Source: Chrysomallon squamiferum (lineage: Eukaryota > Animalia > Mollusca). From it: 64,000 nt of DNA. This document shows positions 14,821-64,000 of this stretch, piece by piece. Under the pieces are notes generated by a model. The model worked only from the letters and a program-made list of their open reading frames with translations. It searched no databases and was not told the DNA's origin. The stretch spans positions 9,548,001 through 9,612,000 of the forward strand of contig CM022670.1 of assembly GCA_012295275.1 (NCBI GenBank). The letters run 5' to 3'. The position numbers were made by a program, and so were the translations under genes. Numbering within the stretch: position 1 is the stretch's first letter; every line of letters begins with the position of its first letter.

Positions 14821-16754
14821 GGTATACATATGTATATACGTATGCACATACCCATACAGGAAAACGAGTATTTACATTCATTCAAATAGTTATAAATACA
14901 TTGATGTAAACATATACTAACATGAATGCATGCGCATATCTCTCTATCTCTATCTATATATCTGTCTCTACAAATCTACAATTATATCTATATGTATATA
15001 TTATAAACATAGATAAAAACATAGACATATACATTTATTTATTCATTCACTGATGCAAATGTACACATATTTACGTTTATTTACCTGTATGTTAGTGCAG
15101 CGACTGAGGGGAGGCACTAGGCTCCTAGGGGTGGGATTCCGAAACTAAGGGGAGGAATGAGAACCACTGGTGTTAACAGACAGACACGCAAACAGACGGA
15201 CTCGCCACGTAACAACATTCAAACACACGGACTCGCCACACACACGTAACAACATTCATACACATATTAGCGCCCATTAAAAGAAATAACAAGCCAGCAA
15301 AATTGATTACAAGAAGCGCTGAATATCACTAGTTGTTTGCATATTCCTTTTTCGAAAAATGACAAGACATCGATGAACTGTCCGAGTTTTCGTTGTGGAT
15401 TTGGCCCTTGTGTATAGTTGGTTGTATCTGTTTTCACTCATTTTCACTCATGTGCTGTAAACACGCAAGAAAATGACTCAAGAACGTACCAATATAAAAT
15501 ATAAATACTCAACATGCCGTGAATTTATAAAACATTAATGACATTCGCTGCGAAGTTCTTGTCTTATTTTTGTCACATTCTTCAGGGACTAAGAACAGCT
15601 GAAAATACTAAGCAACTGATGAAAGTGCATATTTTGTATCATGACTTTAAATATTTAAACCTAGCCAGAAAATAATTTCTGCTGAAACAGAATCTAAGAA
15701 GTACGTAGGATTTCAATGAATAATTGAAACAGTCAAATGTTACAAAATAATAATGAATTTGTATCAACGTGTGTCTAATCAGCATGTTGCATATATCTTT
15801 TTTCATGAATGTAATTTCAGAAAAAAAGTATTTGAATTATTCATACTTTTCTTAAAATAGCGATATCCAATAAACTAGCTATATATTTTCAACAAAATAC
15901 TTTTTGTGGAGTTTATTTGAATTATTCAAGTTTCACCAAAAACCCCAAACAAACCAAAAACTATTAAGTCATCATGCATTTGGAAAGAAGTCTAAAATTT
16001 TCAGGAATGTCTCTTGAAATCCAAATAGGAAAGATCTTATACTTCACTAATTAAGGCAAATTTGAATCTCATTAACAATATATTCAATTGTTTTGATAAA
16101 GTATATTACTAAGGTATAAATGCCTCTCTTTTACACTCAAAACAACAAAAAAAAAAACATTTCATCTCACAAAAACAAACAGAAAAAGATCTAACCGAAA
16201 AAAAACAAGACCCATTCCCTTAAGAGAAAGAAAAGCCAAACAAACAATATAATACCCACCACATTAGAAAACAGAATAATTGCCAATAAAAATAAACTTA
16301 GCTTCTTTTATTTAAAACTATATGAACCTGGCAAAACAAAAATAATAAAAATTTGTCAAAACAAGCATAACAAGATAGTAGTCACTCGTGGGTGAGTTAT
16401 AAAGTTTATATTTGCTGTTCGAATGAATGTTGGCGATTCTAAGTAAGCAGAGAAAGCACACACGTGCACAGACCTGTGATACATGTGTTTATATGTCAGG
16501 AAGTCAGCCAACTAGTAAAGTAATACGCAGAATAAAAAACGACCTTGACAAAACCTCCACAGAGAGAACATGTTATTAACAACGATGATCATGCCAACAC
16601 GAACTGTTCAACAAATAAACAGATAAATAAACAGATAGACAGATAGATAAATAAATACTTAAATAAATAAGTAAATAAATAAATAAATATTTTTTCCCTA
16701 AGGAAATTAAAATACATGTGTGTATAGCTATGCTTGAAAGTATGTATGTATATA

Positions 16755-16793
<39 letters not shown>

Positions 16794-16879
16794 TTGTAGG
16801 TAGGTAGATACGTTTGTAGGTATGTGTATATGTGTATATGTATGTATGCATGTGTGTGTATATATGTATGTGTGTATGG

Positions 16880-16924
<45 letters not shown>

Positions 16925-17110
16925 GTAGGCAGGTATGTATATATTTAGGTAGGTAGGTATTTGTATGTATTCATGTCAGTAAATATAAATTTTATCCGTC
17001 CATTCCCTGTGTTAACAACCCTTTACAATTATATTAGTGTTACTATTCATTATAACCGTCCTATCAGTTTTAATGTGTTTATTGTCTATTTTCAGGTGAG
17101 TACAGGAATA

Positions 17111-44575
<27,465 letters not shown>

Positions 44576-44851
44576 TAACCCGGCGGTCCATACGACGATG
44601 CTTACTTAACCACATACGATGCCACCATTCAGCACTGATGTCTTGTCTTCAAAGACCAAACATATCAGCTTGGAATCTGGATGCAGTAAGGAGAAAACAA
44701 AATTGGTTACGAGTTGAGCTGGCTGTATTTGCCTTTATTTGCCTCCCGGGTGTATTATGCACATAACAATGATGTAGATTTAGAAGACGGGGTTACCCTT
44801 AATAAACTTTTTTTTCTCTTTAATCCTTTGGCACTTGTTAGCTACTAGTTA

Positions 44852-44923
<72 letters not shown>

Positions 44924-45689
44924 TTTATTTTTTTGTGATTGGTGTGAGAGTTTACATACGAATGCAGGATTACTAACTATTTGTTAAATTAAAGCTTTTT
45001 TATATATATATATATTTTTTTCTAAATAAGATTCGTTTTCGTAACGTAATTCAATCGATATCAGAATTTATTTTCTTCATTAAAACAAATAAACCATTTT
45101 ATTGGATCTTATATCAGAATGATGCAATGAATGAATGTTTAATGACATCAAATGCATTTTGGATAACGTAAGCTAGAATCTGGGTTTTATGATGATATGA
45201 AAGAAGAAATTCGATATCGTCATTCCAGTAAGAGCACAAATTGTTCTATTAAAAAATTGTTTATGTACAACTAATTAATAATGTTTTGTTGTTATTCTTG
45301 AACCTCGTAGTGAAATTATTTCGTTAGAATTAAACGTTCTGACAAGGTAGAATTTAAGAGAGCAAAATAGCTCTAACAAGAATTCACATAACAATATTTT
45401 TGTACATCAGTAATTTATCATTAAAGGTTAAAATTCGGCGAATCTCTAACAGTCTTTGAGTACATTGTTTTTGTTCAAAAGACACCTTTCGATAATTTAA
45501 AATCAGCTTGTAAGTTTCATGTACTGGAAAAAATTAGGAACTTCATCTTTCTGTGGTTTAATGATTCGGTAAAGAACTTGAAATTAATGTTTAAGAAAGA
45601 TTACATTTATTTCCAATGTATTTATGTTAATATATACTTACCTACTTACCTCCATTCATAGAGAGACTTTGGTTTCCATCAACCTACAC

Positions 45690-45708
45690 ATACCAACACA
45701 CACAAACA

Positions 45709-45765
<57 letters not shown>

Positions 45766-46040
45766 GATTCATCCATAGACATACAGTTACATAAATACAC
45801 AAACATGAACGCACACACATACATGGATAAACACACACACAAAAACACACACACAGATTCATCCATAGACATATAGTTACATACATACTCAAACATAAAC
45901 GCACACACCTATACATACACACACACACACACACACACACAGATTCATCCATACACATACAATTACATACATACACAAACATGAACGCACACACCTGTAC
46001 AATACACACGCACACACACACACACACAACTATACACACA
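45690..46040 (+). repeat. minisatellite, 3 copies of an ~88 bp unit embedded in (CA)n
   Basis: agattcatccata.acata.a.ttacata...caaacat.aacgcacac at about 45765, 45855 and 45941. Confidence 0.88.
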
Positions 46041-47720
46041 TACAACCAGTCTTTCGCCATTCATGTTATGTATCTTTGAAAACTGGGCGTAAAATCTTTG
46101 CCCTTTGTATTTGTGTTATACACAGATGTGTATGTAATATTTTTGTTATATGTGTGTTAATAACCTATAAATAATTTTTATACTTCTAACCTTTTTATTA
46201 CAATCTTTAATAAATGTTTAAGTATCACTATCATGGTTTTCTTTATGCATTTGTCATACCGTTTTAATTTTCCTCACAAGGTATTTTCCAAAAAGCACAG
46301 AATGTGATAAATGTAATCATTATTAAAATATAATTTTGGAAATTCATCTTGTGCTGTTATTTATTATTATTATATGTAAACACAAACACACGCACATACA
46401 GACAGACGCACACATAAAAAAAAATATGTGTGTAAAAAAAAAAAATATATATATACATGTTAATATATGTATGTATGTGTGTGTATATGTGTATATGTGT
46501 ACATACATATGTCTTAGTATGTGCGTGTGTTTAAATATGCAAACTTATTCCATTCCGATCATGCTGTCTGTTTTAATGTATGGGTGTATGTTTTGATAAA
46601 TGAATCTAATGTAATATACACTGAACTGCTAAAATGTATTTTACCTCACCGCTGTGTTTACTGTTATAAACTGAAATTACTGTCACCCACAGTTCAGCCA
46701 TCATTACGTCTGTCATAAGAGCTACAACGACAACAACAACAACTACTTCGATTATTATAATCTATTTTTATGTTTAAAAAATATGTAAACTGTATAAATA
46801 AACAGGTTTTTATTATTATCATTATTAATTTATATATCTGTTGTTATCATTTCTATTCATTACTGACAAAATATTACCATAAAAGAAATCATACTGCTTC
46901 AACGAGTGAATGAACTTTTTTTTTTTTTTTTTTTTTTATATCTCAGTGTAGACATATAACCGGTATTGTATGTTCGACCTCTACAGTTAAATACAAACAA
47001 TCCTCTCAGAAAGGCATGACGAATCAGCCATGGCCGATGCATGTGAACTGTATTATGGACTTTGTTTATGAAATATTGTTTACTATTTCTCTTTCAGCTT
47101 ACAACACAATCAAATACCATAGAGTGAATAAAGCTGGTTTGGGGGGGAAAAAAAAGCTTAGCAGCCGTTAATACGTTCAGTTTACATTTGCAGAATATAT
47201 TATATCAGTATAATAAAGATATCTTACAAACGTAATTCTAAATCATCACCAATTAATCTGTTATATAAAATAATATTTACCTGTTTTTACACGTGAAAGA
47301 GCAAGTGAATTGAATTGTCTAGCCAAAAAAAAAAATTAATGAACGTTTAATAATTTTAGTTTGTTTGAGTAATCGATTCATTGCAACAGTGCAGAAATCA
47401 GTAGACAATACGTGTTATCGATGGCAAATACAATTCCGTTATAAATACATTTAGCACGAGCACATATTGGACACATATCTTATTTACGTCCTTCTGTGCG
47501 GGACACCGTATCTATTACAACTTGATCTATCGTGTTTCGCTGACTACGTTACAAGTTACGTCTCTGTGCATTACAACTCATAGATGCATTTCCTTTCAGT
47601 GATCGTTATGACAAGTGATAAAATTTTAACAATTTCGAATTAGAAAAAGCCAAAACATCTACAAGGTTAGTGGATGTTTCGTTAAAACGCTTCGGAGGTG
47701 AAGATAAAGTTAAAAGTGCA

Positions 47721-53464
<5,744 letters not shown>

Positions 53465-54714
53465 ATGTCGACGAATAAAAACATTTCGTTATTATTGTTG
53501 ACTTGAGAACTCATATGAAGATGAGCACCTTATAAACATAAGAAACGTAACAAAAAACTAAATGAAATATATAAAGAAACAATTAGGATAGGTTATTATT
53601 ATTATTAAAATTATCATTACTACTATTGCTATTACTACTGCTGCTATCATCATCATCAACAACATTATTGTTACTGTTATGACAAATATATACACATATA
53701 TATACATATATAGATAAACACATACACACACAAACGCACACAAAAACACACACACACATGTAGATGTAGACATACGGATATGTACGTTTTGTTGTTTATT
53801 CAGCTGCAACTAAAACTGCCATCACTAATTATTAATCATCCTTGTTTATTTACTGTCTCCTATTGTCACTTAGTCGTGTTGTCAACATGGCGATGATAAC
53901 AATGAAGAACAAGGTTCAGTCTTTGGAGAGTGGCAGTCCTCCTAGCTACGGAGTTAATGGAACGTATTTTTGTGTCGATATAAAACAAATACCTATTGTT
54001 TAAAAGCTCTTAAGTGAAGAAATATTATGTATTATAGGATTTCATTTATTTAACAACTATCTGTAGATATACTGGGGTAAATACATAAAAGATGTGTTAC
54101 TGTAGATACATAGATAATGTCAATAAAGCCACGTACAACAATTAAATCGATTACTTTTTCTTTTTTTTTTTTTTTTGCTGGATCTATCAGTCTTGATGGA
54201 CATTCCCGACTGTTATTACAAACAATGTTTATCAAATATTGTTATTCATGCGTCTGATTAATAACACAGCTAAATATTAATCGGTAAATAAATCGGCAAT
54301 GCGATACACCATTGCTAAAACTGAAATGTTCCGAACCTTGAAAATCGGAAAAACGCTATCTGTTTACATCCACTTAAGAGCGGAATAAAATGACAACTTT
54401 ATTAATGGCATATAAATGATCGAATGAGAAACTCGAAATCATAATGTTTCCGCACCTGACGAGACTGTCTGGCTAATAGCACATTTTATAACTATATTTT
54501 TCTTTTTAATTTTTTTTTTTTTTTTTTGGTTATTGTTTTGTTTCAGACATCGATTCAATGACACAGCAGAAAATCTCAATAGATCGTATGTTGTCAATGA
54601 TGAAAGTTGTTCCGTTATAGATATCATTAGCTTGATTACATTTTAGGTAGATTATGTGACAAACATTTATGTTTTGGTAACAGAGAAGCTGTGCTATCAT
54701 TTTACTCTGTGTGT

Positions 54715-54752
<38 letters not shown>

Positions 54753-54818
54753 CTTTTTATCACTAATGTGTCTCACTCCATTATTACAAGAGTGAAAGCT
54801 GAGATAGTTTTATTTGAT

Positions 54819-61200
<6,382 letters not shown>

Positions 61201-61335
61201 GTGACACTCAGTAATTCTGAACTTGAAACTTGGTTAGAACGGTAAAAACATTATGTGCGCACAGAGGAGAAAACTGACACAGCGACCATTCAGAGTTCAT
61301 CAATGCTCTTATTTCTAAACGTTGTTGCGTTATTA

Positions 61336-61382
<47 letters not shown>

Positions 61383-63743
61383 TATTTTTTTAAAGTGTTT
61401 TCTTTTTTATTATTGTTTGTTTTTCGGTTTTTATTACTACTACTACTACTAGTACTATTATTACTCCTATTGTAATTGGGCTATATTTAATTTTTAATTT
61501 TTAAATTTTATTTTTTATGATACTATTAATTTGCTACTAAGAGTAGTACAGCTAATGATATTACAACTATTACTACTACAAGTACTATCACTACTACAGC
61601 TTATACTATACTAAAACTATTATTACTATTACTACTGTAAGTACTAAACAAAACTCAAACTAACACAACGAAAATACTGTTACTATTACTGTTCAACAAT
61701 TAATTTTACTATGTTGTTGTTACGCACAGTTAAACATGAAACAATCATTACTAACATAAATCATTATTTATCAAAGAAGATTCTTGTTTCCTGTTTTCCA
61801 CTTTGTAAAATATTTGCATGAATAGTTACTAATTATAAGCAAAACAATGAAATTACTGTAATCAAATACCACAGAGGAATATGAAAAAAATAATTACTCC
61901 AGACACAAAATAATGGATTTGTTTCGGTTGTGTGGAAGCAGTCTACCATACAGTTTGAACACGACGTTTGATTTCAGTACATGATTCCAGGGTAAATAGA
62001 TGTTTTTATTGTTTGTTTTTGTGTTTTTTAAAAAGAGATTCTGACAATAAAATGCTTTAAATATAACAAAGGAAAATGACAGAAAAAAAAGAAGAAAAAA
62101 TGAATAATGAATCGTCAATAACAGCGAGTAATTTAATAACAGTCCTGAAACATAAACAGTGATAATGTTTTTATTTTTGTTTTATGAATTTCAAGATTTA
62201 AACACAAACGGATGAAAAAATCCAAAAATGTCGTAAGTTTTTCACAGAACAGAAATCTGTGGGTTAACATTATACAGAACATTGAGTGGGTTAAAATAAT
62301 AATAATAATAATGATATATTATATTATGAATATATTTCTCTATTATTAATTTTATACTTAAAACACATTTTGCTGAACTGAACGGAACATTATTTGCATT
62401 CTGTCCGTAATGAATGGGCTTTTGAGGTACATTCTAAAAATATAAGCAGTATAAAAATAAATACATAACAGACACGATGACATATTCATTACAGTAATCA
62501 CGTACATAAGATATTTAAAGATGTAAACACGTATACATCTACGGATGCGTACATTTATTTACTGAAGTACAGAGAATATACATAATAGTAAAAATTCCTA
62601 AAAACAAATGTATTTTATAATTATTTTGCAGAAAACAGAAATCACTTTTTTGGACAATAAAATACCATTTTGATTTTAAGGTGTTTGTTTTATTTACTCC
62701 TAGCAGACTAATCGTTTCAAATCAATAAGTATAAATAATCTGTCCTAAAAAATTACAATCTGTGAATAACTCCACAGGCACTCACGTCATCACCTGAGAT
62801 CGTACATAATAAATGCAAAAAAAAAAAAAAAAGAGGAGATAAACTAATAAAAGAACCAATGCTACCAATGACTGACTCACTCCTGTCTGTCTACATTGCA
62901 AGTTCATATAAATAAAAGTTAATTACTTTCTGAGAAGTGTTTATTGAACTCTGCGATTTTGGTTTTTATTTTATTTTAATTTTTTTTTTTTTTTTTTGTT
63001 ATTATTAATTAACCTTTATAATTTCAGTAATAAATTTGATTAGTTTATTGTCTTTCTTGATGACAACGTGTTCTGCAGGGAATACATCATCTACAAAATC
63101 ATTTTTTTAATTCAATCGTGTGTTAACACTAACTATTGTGAGCGTGCTCTCTGAAATCAATAAACGTCATGCAAACTATTGGACGTGCTGTTAAACACTG
63201 AATCAGCTGTTGACATTTCTAATGGCGCTGGTGAAACCACATCACAGGACATTAATTCATTTCTCATTTATTGTCATGAACCGGTGTGTGTAAATAGTTT
63301 AAAACCAGAGATGCCTACGATACGGTTTTTTTGTTTGTTTTTGTCTTTTTTTATCAATGGTAAAATGCTTTTTGAGTAAATGAAGTGAAATGAAACGTTG
63401 TTTGAGGCATTCGTGCTCCATGGATAAATTCCGCTCGATCAGTTATCAAAACAGAACTGGCGTTCACAAAACAGAGCACGAGACTATGTAGTCCAGACGT
63501 AGAGAAATCAAAACGTGATGCTTATTAAACGTACGAAAATGCATTTGATTTTAAGTCATCTCGATTATCAATTCTGAACATCGCTACGAATCTGGAATGT
63601 TGTTTTAATTCCGTCGAAAAATAATATATTTCACTGAAGTCATTTTTCTTCCGTGAACCATTGTGCTCGGACAGTTTGATCTCGTTACTTAATGTTTCTA
63701 GTGCAGCTGCTGTTATTTTAACATTGCCAAAGAAAAATTTGGA

Positions 63744-63904
63744 ATGAAGTGCAAAGAGACAGAATCGGATTGGGATAGAGAAAATGAAGTGAAGCAGAAA
63801 GACGAAGACGTATCAGTTGCTGCGATATGGAAAGACTTTTGTGAGCACACTGGCTTCCATGCTTACAATAAACTGAACCCCGAGAAAAACAAAAGAATTC
63901 GTTG
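63744..63904 (+). CDS. DEG/ENaC paralog C, exon 1 only (gene runs off the window end)
   Basis: MKCKETESDWDRENEVKQKDEDVSVAAIWKDFCEHTGFHAYNKLNPEKNKRIR + TG|gtaagt; homologous to exon 1 of A and B, with the same phase-2 donor position. Confidence 0.88.
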
Positions 63905-64000
63905 GTAAGTGTAGTTACACGTATCTTCATACTAATAAATAGTTAAGTGCCGTTATTATTATTATTTATTTATTTTCAGCTCTCGTTATTTTGTATTATT

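Noticed and set aside
63718-63930. Minus-strand 70-aa ORF (also 36849-37169, 40119-40307, 56183-56404, 60237-60512)
   Set aside because: They are antisense shadows of real plus-strand exons.

Overview
AT-rich, microsatellite-dense eukaryotic DNA, most likely from a mollusc (inferred from the gene families and repeat content, not verified). I built gene models by hand from GT-AG splice sites and reading-frame phase. The + strand carries an ion-channel cluster. (1) One complete glycine-receptor-like Cys-loop chloride channel subunit (CDS 17111-44575; 8 core exons = 397 aa, or 436 aa with two candidate phase-0 M3-M4 loop exons). It lacks the canonical amino-acid-binding residues. (2) Two complete tandem 8-exon DEG/ENaC (ASIC-like) paralogs: 47721-53464 (472 aa) and 54819-61200 (489 aa). 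(3) Exon 1 of a third paralog at 63744-63904, which the ORF track missed. All three DEG/ENaCs have His-Ala instead of the conserved pre-TM1 His-Gly. The most unusual structures sit at splice acceptors. One is a duplicated acceptor whose use would give a secreted, AChBP-sized ligand-binding domain from the Cys-loop gene. Others are an 8-copy tandem array of the exon-6 acceptor in DEG/ENaC A, a 127-bp-arm hairpin at the same position in paralog B, and a CAG|GTGAGT recursive-splice motif at the start-codon exon. Several MITEs, SINE-like remnants and local duplications are also present. Most ORF-track entries are microsatellite artefacts. All isoform and function statements are inferences that need RNA-seq or electrophysiology.
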